Source: Mobula hypostoma (lineage: Eukaryota). From it: a stretch of DNA of 64,000 bases. Positions 11,810-25,445 of this stretch are shown piece after piece. Position 1 is the first letter of the stretch. Every line of letters begins with the position of its first letter. The stretch is taken from the NCBI RefSeq assembly GCF_963921235.1, contig NC_086108.1, positions 22,630,001 to 22,694,000 on the forward strand, in the 5' to 3' direction. The position numbers and the translations under genes were made by a program. The notes beneath the pieces were generated by a model. That model searched no databases. It had not been told where the DNA came from and saw nothing but the letters and a program-made list of their open reading frames with translations.

Positions 11810-14194
11810 GTGAGCAAACTCAGTGGTTAAAAGGCTGATTCAGACAACTCTCTGAGAAATGGTGAAAGGGTTCAGAGGCAAAGAAACTGTTCCCACCAAC
11901 AGGGGACAATCAAAGACTATGAGGAGTTTGGGTTAAACCTTAAAGCTAGAACTTTGCTGTTCAGGAGTGAAATCGGCAAAACATCTAGTCTGTTGCGGAT
12001 TCTGCCTGATTGGATGAAGCTGATATTTCAAGGGTGGATTCTGTAGATTTTTGTTAGGTCAGTATTTCAAGGTTACAGAGTACAGGCCGATGACTTTTTG
12101 CAGTACGGATTAGCAATCATTCATTTGGGTGGTGGGACAGTCTCAAGAAGCTTATTTGCCCTCTCTTGTTTCCCACTCTCATCATCCTGCACACCAGATC
12201 TTCAGCACCCCCCCCTCCCCCATGGGTATTATGTGAATCTCAGATCACTGACCATTTCAGCCCCTGGTACATGAAAACACACGCTCACATACCACACCAT
12301 TGCTGCTTATTCTGGCCAGCTTTTTAAACTGAGGTTATTAATGGAGACGGAACAAGGAGTAGGTTGAGGGGATGGATGGAAGATTAGGGTGTACCTGGGC
12401 ATGTTGTGAAGTGGGTCACTGATTTGCTGCTGCTGCTTGAGATTTCTTTCTACCCCTTCGCTGCTGGTCAGTATGGACATTTGGGCTGAAGGGGTTTTGT
12501 GGTGTGCAGCTCTTCAACCGTGCAGGATAGCTTCAGATGTGGGGTTCTCAATCGGCCGCTAGTTCTCCCTCTCCTTTGGAAAACCCAGGATGCAATGCTG
12601 CTGCTGCTGCTGTCCTCTGGCAGACATTAACATTGCCACTGGCTGCCTTCACTTGCTGTGTGCTGATGCTGACAGGAAGGATCAGCCTGCATTGTCACTC
12701 CATAATGTTCACCTTGCCATTGTTTGCTCCCAGCGTCAGCACCTTCCCAGCCAAGTGTGAATAGAATTATGATGTCAACTGTATGCCTGATTCAAATTGA
12801 AGTAAAAAAATTAACAGCAATCAGTATCAGGCAGTGTTGTAGGGTGTGCATACTCCATATCTTGACCTTGCTGTAAGAGTTGTCTCATAGTTTGGATTAG
12901 AACCCCCTGTTAGAACCATGAGCTTCTATTTCCACCCTGGTAATGTCCTTCACTCAGCTTTTTACTTCCGTTGAATAATCCTTGCTTACTACAACACAAA
13001 GTTATTTAGCCCATTGGGCCCATGCAGTCAATCAATGCCATCAATCCCATTTCCCACCTCCCCCTCCTCTCCCTTTTACCCCTGCAACTTGTTCTCTCTC
13101 ACATGCCCAGCAACTCCCTTCTGACACTTAGGCCATTCACCACAACACCATAAGACGTAGGAGCAAAATTTGGCCATTTGGCTCATTGAGTCTGCTCCGC
13201 CATTCAATCATGGCTGATACTTTTCTCTCCCCCCTCAGTCCCATTCCCCATCCTTCTCCCTGTAACCTTTGATGCTGTGGCCAATCAAGTACCTATCAAT
13301 TTCTGCCTTAAATACATAAAATGACCAGTTGCCTGTGGTAACAAATTTCACAAATTCACCACCCTTTTCTAAAGAAATTTTTCCACATATCTGTTTTAAA
13401 AGGACGCCCCTCTATCCTGAGGCTGTGCCCTTTTGTCCTGGATACCACCTCTCTCTCCTCCCCCCCCCCCCCCAGCATGGGAAACATCCTTTCCACATCT
13501 ACACTGTCTAGGCTTTTCAAAATTTGAAAGGTTTCAATGAGATCTCCCCTCATCCTTCTAAATTCCCTCAAGTACAGAGCCATCAAATGTTCCTCCTATG
13601 ATAACCCTTTCATTCCTGAAATCATCCTTGTGAACCTTCTGAATGCTCTCCAATCCCAGCACATCTTTTCACAGATAAGGAGCCCAAAACTGTTGACAAT
13701 ACTCAAGGTGAGGCCTCACCAGTGCCTTATAAAGCCTCAGCACCACATCTGCTCTTATATTCTAGTCCTCTTGAAAAGAATGCTAACGTTGCATTTGCTG
13801 CCTTCACCACCGACTATACCTTCAAGTTAACCTTTAGGGTGTTCTGCACAAGGACTCCCAAGTTCCTTTGCATCTCAGATTTTTGGATTTTCTCACCATT
13901 TAGAAAATAATCTGCACATTTATTTCTTGTACTAAAGTGCATGAGCATGCATTTTCCAACATTGTATTTCATTGCCACTTTCTTGCCCATTCTCCTAATC
14001 TGTCTAAGTCCTTCTGCATCCTACCTGTTTCCTCAACACTACCTGCCCCTCCACCAATCTTCATATCATTTGCAAACTTGGTAACAAAGCCACCTATTCC
14101 ATCATCTAAATCATTTATATACTGCATAAAAAGAAGCGGTCCCAACACCGACCCCTGTGGAACATCACTAGCCAACCAGAAAAGCATCCATTTA

Positions 14195-16247
14195 CCCCAC
14201 TAAAGATCACCACGCCATTGTCTCCCACACCATCACCGAATTTATCCGCTCAGGGGATCTCCCATCCACTGCTACCAACCTTATAGTTCCCACACCTTGC
14301 ACTTCCTGTTTCTACCTCCTACCCAAGATCCACAAACCTGCCTGTCCTGGCAGACCAATTGTCTCAGCTTGCTCCTGCCCCACCGAACTCGTTTCTGCAT
14401 ACCTCGATACGGTTTTATCCCCCCTTGTTCAATCCCTTCCTACCTATGTTCGTGACACTTCTCACACTCTTAATCTTTTCGATGATTTTAAGTTCCCTGG
14501 CCCCCACTGATTTATTTTCACCATGGATGTCCAGTCCCTATATACTTCCATCCCCCATCAGGAAGGTCTCAAAGCTCTCCACTTCTTTTTGGATTCCAAA
14601 CCTAATCAGTTCCCCTCTACCACCACTCTGCTCCGTCTAGCGGAATTAGTCCTTACTCTTAATAATTTCTCCTTTGGCTCCTCCCACTTCCTCCAAACTA
14701 AAGGTGTAGCTATGGGCACCCATGTGGGTCCTAGCTATGCCTGTCTTTTTGTTGGCTTTGTGGAACGATCTATGTTCTGTACCTATTCTGGTATCTGTCC
14801 CCCACTTTTCCTTCGCTACATTGATGACTGCATTGGCACTGCTTCCTGCACGCATGCTGAGCTCGCTGACTTCATTAACTTTGCCTCCAACTTTCACCCT
14901 GCCCTCAAGTTTACCTGGTCCATTTCCAACACCTCCCTCCCCTTTCTAGATCTTTCTGTCTCTATCTCTGGAGACAGCTTATCTACTGATGTCTACTATA
15001 AGCCAACTGACTCTCACAGCTATCTGGACTATTCCTCTTCTCACCCTGTCTCTTGCAAAAATGCCATCCCCTTCTTGCAATTCCTCCGTCTCCGCCGCAT
15101 CTGCTCTCGGGATGAGGCTTTTCATTCCAGGACGAGGGAGATGTCCTCCTTTTCAACTCTGCTCTCAAACGCATCTCCCCCATTTCACGCACATCTACTC
15201 TCACTCCATCCTCCCATCACCCCACTAGGAATAGGGCTCCCCTGGTCCTCACCTACCACCCCACCAGCCTCCGGGTCCAACATGTTATTCTCCGTAACTT
15301 CTGCCTCCTCCAACGGGATCCCACCACTAAGCACATCTTTCCCTCCCCCCATCTCTCTGCTTTCTGCAGGGATCGCTCCCTACGTGACTTCCTTGTCCAT
15401 TCGTCCCCCCTCCCCCGTACCCCCCATCCCTCCCCACTGAGCTCCCTCCTGGCACTTATCCTTGTAAGCGGAACAAGTGCTACACATGCCCTTACACTTC
15501 CTCCCTTGCCGCCATTCAGGGCCCCAGACAGTCCTTCCAGGTGAGGCGACACTTCACCTGTGAGTTGGCTGGGGTGATATACTGTGTCCGGTGCTCCCGA
15601 CGTGGCCTTCTATATATTGGCGAGACCTGACGCCGAGTGGGAGATCGTTTTGCTGAACGCTCTGTCCACCAGAGAAAGCAGGATCTCCCAGTGGCCACAC
15701 ATTTTAATTCCACATCCCATTCCATTCTGATATGTGTATCCATGGCCTCCTCTACTGTAAAGATGAAGCCACACTCAGGTTGGAGGAACAACACCTTGTA
15801 TTCCGTCTGGGTAGCCTCCAACCTGATGGCATGAACATTGACTTCTCTAACTTCTGCTAATGCCCCACCTCCCCCTCGTACCCCATCCATTATTTATTTA
15901 TTTATACACACATTCTTTTTCTCTCACTCCTTTTTCGCCCTCTGTCCCTCTGACTATACCCCTTGCCCATCCTCTGGGTGTTTTTCCCCCCTCCCCCTTT
16001 TCCTTCTCCCTGGGCCTCCTGTCCCATGATCCTCTCATATCACTTTTGCCAATCACCTGTCCAGCTCTTAGCTCCATCCCTCTCCCTCCTGACTTCTATC
16101 ATTTTGGATCTCCCACTTTCAAATCTCTTACTAACTCTTCCTTCAGTTAGTCCTGACGAAGGGTCTGTGCCCGAAACGTTAACTGTACCGCTTCCTAGAG
16201 ATGCTGCCTGGCCTGCTGCGTTCACCAGCAACTTTGATGTGTGTTGC
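14195..16247 (+). mobile_element. Penelope-like retroelement (Neptune-type: RT, Cys-rich linker, GIY-YIG), 5'-truncated and frameshifted
   Basis: ORF 14523-15440 with MDVQSLYTSIP, GVAMG and RYIDD; then CKRNKCYTC and VIYCVRC..LYIGET; 13-bp TSD AAGCATCCATTTA at 14182-14194 and 16248-16260. Confidence 0.92.
16148..16185 (+). ncRNA. Minimal hammerhead ribozyme motif in the PLE 3' repeat
   Basis: AGTC-CTGACGA-A-GGG-TCTGTG-CCC-GAAA-CGTT-AACT; palindromic ACGT stem III; one stem I mismatch. Confidence 0.7.
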
Positions 16248-18959
16248 AAGCATCCATTTATTCCTGCTTGCTGCCTCCTACCAATCAGCCAATGTTCTAA
16301 CCATGCAAGTACCTTTTCTCTTAACTTAGTAAGCAGCCTCATGTGTGGCACCTTGTCAAAGGCCTTCTGAAAATATAAATATACAACATCTACTGCATCC
16401 CCTTTATCTATCCTACTTGTAATCTCCTCAAAGAATTCCAACAGGTTCATTAGGCAAGATTTCCTTAAGGAAACCATACTGACTGTCCTATCTTGTCTTG
16501 TGTCGCTAAGTACATCGTAACCTCATCCTTAACAATTGACTCCGACATCCTCCCAACTATTGAGGTCAGGCTAACTGGTCTTAAATTTCCTTTCTGCTGC
16601 CTCCCTCCTTTCTTAAAGAGCGGAGAGACATTTGCAATTTTCCTGTCCTCTGGAGCCATGCCAGAGTTCAATGGTTCTTGAAAGATCATTGTTAATGCCT
16701 CCGCTATCTCTACCGCTACCTCTTTCAAAACCCTAGGGTGCAGTTCATCTGATCCAGATGACTTTTGTACCTTTTAGGTCTTTAAGCTTTTTGAGCACCT
16801 TCTCCCTTGTAGTAGTAACTACACTCACTTCTCTTCCATCACACCCTTCAACACCTGGCACACTGCTAGTGTCTTCCACAGTGAAGACTGATGCAATTAC
16901 TCATTTAATTCATCTACCATCTCCTTGTCTCCTGTTACTATTTCTCTGACCTCATTTTCTAGCAGTCCTATATCCACTCATCTCTCTTTTACTTTTTATA
17001 TACTTGAAAAAACTTTTATTATCCACTTTGATATTATTTGCTAGCTTGGTTTCATTTTTTCATTTTTTCTATCCTCATGATTATTTTAGTTGCTTTCTGT
17101 ATGTTTTTAAAAGCTTCCCAATTCTGTCTTCCTGTTAATTTTTGCTTTGTTGCATGCCCTCTCTTTTGCTTTTACATTAGCTTCGACTTCGCTTGTCAGC
17201 CACGGTTGTACTAGATTGCCATTTGAGTATTTCTTCGTTTTTAGATTACATCTATGCTGCACCTTCTTCATTTTCCCCAGAAACTCAAGCCATTGCTCTC
17301 AGCTGTCATCCCTGCCTACATCTCCTTCCAATTTACTTTGGCCAACTCCTCTCTCATACCACTGTAATTTCCCTTACTCCGCTAAAATACTGCTATGTCA
17401 GACTTTACTTTTTTCCTATCAAATTTCAAGTTAAACTCAATCATATTGTGATCACCACCTCCTTTGAGTTCTTTTACCTTAAACTCCCTAATTGCCTCTG
17501 CTTCATTAAATAATACCCATTCCAGTATAGCTGATCCCCTAGTAGGTTCAATGACAAACTTCTCTAAAAAGCCATCTTGCAGGCATTCAACAAAGTCGCT
17601 CTTGAGATCCATTACCAACCTGATTTTCCCAATCAACCTGTATTTTAAAATTTCCCATGACTATCATAATATTCCCCTTTTGACACTCCTTTTCTATTTC
17701 CAGTTGTAATCTGTACTCCACATCTCAGCTACTATTTGGAGTCTGTATATAACTGCCATCAGGGTCCTTTTACCCTTGCATTTTCTTAACTTAACCCACA
17801 AAGATTCAGCATCTTCTGATCCTATGTCACATCTTTCTAATGATTTGATGCCATTCTTTACCAGCAGAACCATACCACACCCCCCCCCCCCCGGCCGACC
17901 TTTCAATCCATCCAATACAATGTGTAACCTTGGACATTCAGTTCCCACCTACAACCAGTCATGGCCACAACATCATATCTGACAATATGTAAAAGTGCAG
18001 CAAGATCACCACCTTATTTCTTATACTCCGTGCACTTTGAGTACTATATTTGCAACCCTTTTTGATTCTGCATCCCTAATGCACTGATATTCTCCTTGCT
18101 AGCTGCAATTTTGTCCTTTCATTTGCCTGCCCTTTCTGACTGCATGCTACCTTTGCTGCTTTTTTTTTTAACCACCCATCCCATCTTGAGTCCCTTCACT
18201 CCGGTTTCCACCCCCCTGCCAAATTACCTGCACTTGGATATAGTTGGCAGTAACCAAATTTGGAGTGTCCAGAGGAAATCTGTGGTCACAGGGCTAAATC
18301 ATAAAATCCAGCTAGATAGCACCCAAGTTTCTGTCAGAGCTGGGGGAAATCCCCCAGATAGCACTACCTGCTGCACCAACATACCTTCTCTCCCCTCCCC
18401 CCACCCCCATCTGCACCAAGTTCTCTGTACTCTTGGGCAATCTTTCCCCTGTCTAGAGAACTCTGGCCATTCCCTAACCCAACTATATGTTTCCTATCCA
18501 TCACTGCTCACTCACCTTGGCTGTTGCTGGTGCTCAATTTTAAAGTGCTTATCATCCGTTCAGATTCACGGTCAGAATCAATTTGCATTGAAACAGGCCC
18601 TTCAGCTCATTCTCTCCATGCTGACCATCTATACTAATCCCATTTAGAATAGGGCCATTGCCGTCTGTTCCTTGGCAAATCAAAGGTTCATCCTAAAATA
18701 TTGAGAGTCCATGCCTCCAACACCCTCTCAAATGTTCCAGATCCTAACAACATGCACTAATTGGCACCATCTTGCTTCCAGTGAGATGGCACTGATAAGC
18801 GATAATTCTTTGTGTGCAGCTCTGATGGAAATCATGAAATATTCCCACAGGACTACTATAGCTGAAATCCACAGTCACTCCCATGGGTTCTTCAGTAAGC
18901 CGTATAAATTTAAGACGTTTAAAAAATCTATTGATACTCAAAATTGACAAAACTCTGGC

Positions 18960-21780
18960 ATTCTCCGGTCGCGAATGCAGCTCCCCTTCCAGAAAATGGA
19001 GCTAATGGCACACTAGCTACAAGTATGATTGAAATGCTGAGGCCTTAGAGCCCCACTCCCAACAATCCTGGGGAATGTACAGTCTCTGGAACATGAAACT
19101 GAAGACCTCAGAGCAAGATTGCAGTACCAGAGGGACATCAGGGACTGCTATGTACTTTGCTTCACCGAAACATGGCTATCACCCGCCATTCCTGATGCAG
19201 CACTGCAACCTGACAGCTTTGCTATTTTTTGCAAAGACAGGACTGCTCAGTCTTTTAAAAGTAGAGGAGGGGGAGTATGCTTCATAATTTACTCATCATG
19301 GTGCACCAACATGATGGTTCTGTCTCAGTCTTGCTCACCTGACCTGGAGCATCCAGCAAAGGGAGTTTTTTGATGTCATCCCAGAACTGGTGTCCATTCC
19401 TCCTCAGGCCAACTTCAGGCTGGCACTGGAGGAGCTGAGCAGGCACAAAACAGTGCATCCTGATGCTTTCTCTATCCTTGTGGTGGGGGGGGGGGGGGTT
19501 GGATTTCAACCAAGTCAGCTTGAAGAAGTCTCTGAACTACTACCACCAACATATCACCTATGGAACTGGAAGAGCCAGCACACTTCACTGCTGTTATACC
19601 ACCTTCAAGAATGCTTATCGTGCTATCCCACACACACACTTTAGAAAGTTTGATCAGCTGGCTGTACTCCTATTCCTGGCATATAGGCAAACACTAAAGA
19701 CCACAGCACCAGTAGTGAGGACCAAGAAGATATGGTCAAAGGAGAAGGAGGAGTGCTTACAGGACTGCTTTGAGTCTGTGGACTGGACAATATTCAGGAG
19801 TTCATCTATGAATCTGAATGAATATGCCACATTTGTCACTGACTTCACCAAGACCTGCGAATGACTGTGTACCTTTGAGAACATACTGGACACACCCAAA
19901 CCAAAAGCTGTGGATGAACCAGGAGATTTATCGTGGGCTGAGAGCTAAATCTCTTGCATTCAAGACTGGTGATCTAGAATTGTACAAGAAGCCCAGGTAT
20001 GACCTACAGAAGGCCATTTTAAGAGTGAAAAAAACAATTCCTATGGAGGTTAGAGACAGAATCAGACCCACGTCCTGCAAACCGTGCCAGACTGGGCATT
20101 ACTTCCTACAAAATGGAACCTAATATCACGATTGGCTGTGATGCTTCACTCCCAGATGAACTCAGTGCCTTTTATGCATGCTTTGGAAGGGAGAATGAAA
20201 CAAGATGTATGTGAATCCCTGCAGCATTTGGTGACTTTGTGATCTGTCTCAAAGGCCGATGTCAGAACATCTTTCAAGAGGGTGAACCCATGCAAGAGAT
20301 TGTACCCGATGGTGTACATGGTAGGGCTCTGAAAACCGGTGCTAATCAACTGGCGGGAGTGTTCGAGGACATCCTTAACTTCTTACTGCTGCAGTCAGAG
20401 GTTCCTAGCTGCTTGAAAAGGGCGACAATTATACCAGTGCCCAGGAAGGGCAGGGTGAGCTGCCTCAATGACTATCGCCCAGGTGCACTCACTTCTACTG
20501 TGATGAAGTACTTTGAGAGGTTGATCATGGCTGGAATCACCTCCTGCCTAAGCAGGGACCGGGACCCACTACAATTTGCCCTTTGCCACAACAGGTCTAT
20601 AGCAAGTGCAATATCACTGGCTCTCCACTTGGACTTGGATCATATGGACAATAGTAATATTTATGTCAGGCTGCTGTTTATTGATTACAACTCAGCGTTC
20701 ATCACAATTATACCCTCAGTTCTAATCAACAAGCTTCAAATCCGGAGCCTCTACTTCCCACTTCAGCTGGATCCTTGACTTCCTCAATGGGATACTACAG
20801 TCTGTGTGGATCAGAATTAACCTGTTCCTTGATAACAGTCACCACTGGCACATCTCAAGGATGCATGCTTAGCCCACTGCTCTGCTGTACACCCATAATT
20901 CTGTGGCTAGGCACAGCCCAAACGCCATGTATAAAGTTTGCTGACGACAGAACGGTTGTTGGCAGAACTTCAAATGGTGACAAGGAAACGTACAGGAATG
21001 AGATAGATCAGCTGGTTGAGTGGTGTTGCACCAACAACCTTGCACTCAACATCAGTAAGACCAAGGAATTGATTGTGGACCTCAGGAAGGATAAGTTGAG
21101 GGAATTACACCAGTCCTCGTTGAGGGATCAGCAGTGGAAAGGGTGAGCAGTTTCAAGTTCCTGGTATCAACATCTCTTAACCGTCTATCCTGGGCCCAAC
21201 ATATTGATGCAATTACAAGGAAGACACGACAGTGGATATATTTTATTGAGCTTGAGGAGATTTGGTATGTGACTAAAGGCGCTTGCAAATTTCTACAGAT
21301 GTACTATGGACAGCATTCTAACTGGTTGCATCATCATCTGGCATGGAGGGGCCACTGCATAAGATTGGAAAAAGCCGCAGAAAGTTGTAAATTCAGCCGG
21401 CTCCATCATGGGCACCAGCCTCCCCAGCACCAATGCCATCTTCAAAGGGTGAGACCTCAAAAGGCAATATCCATCATTAAGGATCCCGATCACCCAGACC
21501 GAGTCCCTTCTCATTGCTGCCATCAAGAAGGAGGTTCAGGGGCCTGAAGACAAACATTCAAAGTTTCAGGAACAGCTTCTTCCCCCTGTGCCAGATATCC
21601 GAATGGGCAGTGAATCCATGAACACAACCTCAGTTCTTTTTCCCCTCTCTTGTGCTACTTATTTAATTTTTCGTATGTATTTTAATTTATAGTTTAAAAA
21701 ATTATTATGGATTGCACTGCAGTACTTCCAGAAAACAACAAATTTCATGACACATGTCAGTAATATTAAATCTGATTCTG
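18960..21780 (+). mobile_element. Rex1/Babar LINE, older subfamily, decayed (APE endonuclease and RT)
   Basis: QRDIRDCYVLCFTETWL, LNDYRP.ALTS.VMKYFERL, DPLQFA, KFADD; tail ATTAAATCTGATTCTGA. Confidence 0.85.
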
Positions 21781-21850
21781 AAAAAGAAATCTTGTATATT
21801 AAAGTTTCTTCCAGGTATAAAATACAAATCTTCCTTGTATCCCTCTAACA

Positions 21851-23663
21851 TTGAGGACTGTTATTGGGTTCCGGCAAACTAGCAACAGAGGAGCTGATGG
21901 CAGTGTGGACAGGGCTAACGAACTTGATCTGTTCTTTAACAGATTTGACATTGTGGCCCCTGCCCGTCCCCCACATGATTCATCTGTTGTCGGCCCCCAA
22001 CCAACACATATTCCACTCTCCCCTCCTACCCCTCCTCACAGTCCCCCACCCTGCTCTCATGACTATACCCCTTCCCGACACAAAGCCACCACGGTGGGCT
22101 TCACAGCTGAACAGGTGAGAAGACAGCTGAAGTATCTCAACCCAAGCAAAGCTGCAGGACCGGATGGTGTCAGTACCAGGGTGCTCAAAGCCTGTGCCCC
22201 TCAGCTATGTGGAGTACTTCACCCTGTATTCAACCTGAGCCTGAGGCTCTGGAGGATTCCTGTATTGTGGAAGACTTCCTGCCTCGTCCCTGTGCCGAAG
22301 ACGCCGCGACCCAGCGGCCTCAATGACTACAGACCGGTGGCATTGACCTCCCATATCATGAAGACCCTGGAGAGACTTGTTCTGGAGCTGCTCCGGCCTA
22401 TGGTCAGGCCACACTTAGATCCCCTCCAGTTCGCCTACCAGTCCCGACTAGGAGTTGAGGATGCCATCGTCTTCTTGCTGAACCGTGTCTACGCCCACCT
22501 GGACAAGCCAGCGAGCACTGTGAGGGTCATGTTTTTTGACTTCTCCAGTGCGTTCAACACCATCCGCCCTGCTCTGCTGGGGGAGAAGCTGACAGCGATG
22601 CAGGTGGATGCTTTCCTGGTGTCATGGATTATTGATTACTTGACTGGCAGACCACAGTACGTGTGCTTGCAACACTGTGTGTCCAACAGAGTGATCAGCA
22701 GCACTGGGGCTCCACAGGGGACTGTCTTGTCTCCCTTTCTCTTCACCATTTACACCTCAGACTTCAACTACTGTACAGAGTCTTGTCATCTTCAGAAGTT
22801 TTCTGATGACTCTGCCATAGTTGGATGCATCAGCAAGGGAGATGAGGCTGAGTACAGGGCTACGGTAGGAAAGTTCGTCACATGGTGTGAGCAGAATTAT
22901 CTGCAGCTTAATCTGAAAAAGACTAAGGAGCTGGTGGTGGACCTGAGGAGGGCTAAGGCACGGGTGACCCCTGTTTCCATCCAGGGGGTCAGTGTGGACA
23001 TGGTGGAGGATTACAGATACCTGGGGATACGAATTGACAATAAACTGGACTGGTCAAAGAACACTGAGGCTGGCTACAAGAAGGGTCAGAGCCGTCTCTA
23101 TTTCCTGAGGAGACTGAGGTCCTTGAACATCTGCCGGACGATGCTGAGGATGTTCTACGAGTCTGTGGTGGCCAGTGCTATCATGTTTGCTGTTGTGTGC
23201 TGGGGCAGCAGGCTGAGGGTAGCAGACACCAACAGAATGAACAAACTCATTCGTAAGATCAGTGATGTTGTGGGGATGGAACTGGACTCTCTGACGGTTG
23301 GTGTCTGAAAAGAGGATCTGTCTAAGTTGCATGCCATCTTGGTCAATGTCTCCCATCCACTACATAATGTACTGGGTGGGCACAGGAGTACATTCAGCCA
23401 GAGACTCATTCCACCGAGATGCAACACAGAGCATCATAGGAAGTCATTCCTGCCTGTGGCCATCAAACTTTACAACTCCTCCCTTGGAGGGTCAGACACC
23501 CTGAGCCAATAGGCTGGCCCTGGACTTATTCCCTGGCATAATTTACATATTACTATTTAATTATTTATGATTTTATATTGATATATTTATACTCTATTCT
23601 TGTTTGGGACAACTGTAATGAAAACCAATTTCCCTTGAGATCAATAAAGTATGACTATGACTA
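21851..23663 (+). mobile_element. Rex1/Babar LINE, young subfamily, 5'-truncated, with a 485-aa open RT frame
   Basis: ORF 21851-23308 (LNDYRPVALTSHIMKTLERL, FFDFSSAFNTI, GAPQGTVLSPFLF, KFSDD); tail AATAAAG(TATGAC)n. Confidence 0.92.
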
Positions 23664-24302
23664 ACTTATCTTAAAACCATTTTCCTGTTATAGGTAGTTT
23701 TGCATTTGTGCCCCTCAGGAATTTGAAGTTGCCCTTCAGCCTTCTGTACTATTCTTGTCCGACCTTTTGTCCTGGTGCAACTTGTTTAATATTGTTGCTT
23801 AGAAAAGACATGGAGTGAATAGATGAGGGGGAAAATTAGTGGGAAATTAGATTGTTCTGTGAGTTGGCATGGACCCCATGGGCTGGAATGTTCTCCTCTA
23901 TGTCTCAGAGAAATGTGAAAAATAAGAAATATGACATTTTTATTATGTTAAAGATTTAAATGTTGTAAATCTGAATTCCGCATTTAATATATTCTCTGGA
24001 TAGTGTGAAAGTGTGTTAGGTGGTAAGAATCTTAAAATCTTCAATGTGTGTGGTGGAAATAGACCAGTATTGGAAGATTTTAAGTGTCTTGATAGAAGCT
24101 GATACCAGACCAAAGGTCTCTTCCTGGCATTTCCACCCTTTATTCTGATGGCATATTTAAGTACAGGATCATTGGCACACCATTTGCTTAAGGAGATTCA
24201 GCTGGGGCTATTGGAAAATGAAATGGCTACAGTTTGCATTTACAGAAGGCAACCTGCAGGTGGCAGTGTACTATGACTAACACTGATCTCATTCTGGCAC
24301 AG

Positions 24303-24447
24303 TGTAGTAAGACCTGTGGCAGTGGTGTCAAAGTTCGGGAGGTGAAATGCTACCAAGGCGATGAGATTGGACAAGGATGTGATCCATCCACAAAACCAGA
24401 GACAAAAGAGACCTGTGAAGTTCAGCCCTGTCCTACAGATGCACCAG
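24303..24447 (+). CDS. ADAMTSL2: ADAMTSL2-like exon (CSKTCGSGVKVREVKCYQG...CEVQPCPTDAP)
   Basis: CAG acceptor ending 24302, GTAAG donor at 24448, 145 nt, phase 0/1. Confidence 0.92.
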
Positions 24448-24699
24448 GTAAGATCACAGCAGCTGAAGTTCTGCAACATCAATCCAGTTCATGCTCAGAC
24501 ATCAAATGCCAATTCAATTCACACCATAACTTGAGTTGCCAAACCAGTTTACACTCCGCCCTGAATTCAATTCATTAATGCTTCACAAGGATCCGAAACA
24601 TCAATTAAATTCATAACTGGCCTGAATCACCAATCTACTTCACTACCAGTAGCTTAATCACCAACACATTTTACGGCTTGTGTGAATCAACAGACCAAT

Positions 24700-25445
24700 C
24701 CAAGTTTAAGTTCAAACTTATTGTTATTCAAATGTACACGTGTATAGTGCCCAATGAAACAATGTTCCCCCAGACCAAGGTGCACAATACAGTACATATA
24801 ACTCACACGCAACACAAAGTAATATTACCACAAATAAGTTAACAATAATAAAATGTATTTCAGAAGATTGACATTTGGCATAAGCTGCATTTATGACTCA
24901 AGTTAAAAAGTAAATAGTAAGCTACTAGGGCTCCATAAGTGATGAGAACTGAGTGGTGGCAGGGAGTTCAGTAGTCTCGTGGCCTGGAGGAAGAAGTTGT
25001 TTCCCATGTGAGCAGTGCTTGTCATAATGCTACAGTACCTTCTGCTTGATGGTAGGGGGTCAAGAGATTGTGGCATGGAAGGGAGGGATTACTGACAACG
25101 CTAAAGGCCCTGCATATGCAGCATTCCTAATAAATAACTCTGTTGGGTGGAAGAGGGACCTCGATGATCCTCTCAACAGTCCTCCCCATCCTTTGTAGGA
25201 TCTTGCAGTCAGATGCTTCGCAATTCCTGTACCAGACAGTGATGTAGCTGGTTAGGACATTAGCAATGGTGTTCTTGTATAAAAAAAATAAATTTGTTAG
25301 AATGGGGTGGGTGTAGGGGGGAGCCTCGCTCACCTCAATCTCCTCAAGAAGTGGAGATGCTGCTGTGCTTTCTTGAGTGCAGATGTGGTGTTGAGGGATC
25401 AGGTGAGATTGTCCATTACGTGCACTTCCAGAAACTTGGTGCTCC
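24700..25445 (-). mobile_element. Rex1/Babar-like LINE 3' fragment
   Basis: Minus-strand peptide ..IANVLTSYITVWYRNC..DCKILQR; tail-like AAGTTTAAGTTCAAACTTATT. Confidence 0.65.

Larger units (their letters stand above)
13148..18225 (-). mobile_element. CR1 LINE (endonuclease plus RT remnants), interrupted by a PLE at 14195-16247
   Basis: Minus-strand peptides VPQGSVLGPLLF..INDLDDG..KFAND, FQKAFDKVPH, NLRPVSLTS and endonuclease remnants; 3' tail CCATAAGA on the + strand. Confidence 0.88.

Noticed and set aside
12390..12760. Possible nested antisense first exon (minus strand ...CAACATGCCCAG|GTACAC, with CAG runs)
   Set aside because: Weak donor, no partner exons and no recognisable protein
15620..15640. 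In-frame TGA in the PLE GIY-YIG region (YIGET*RR) as a possible selenocysteine codon
   Set aside because: Best explained as CGA to TGA CpG decay in an element that also has frameshifts; no SECIS recognised
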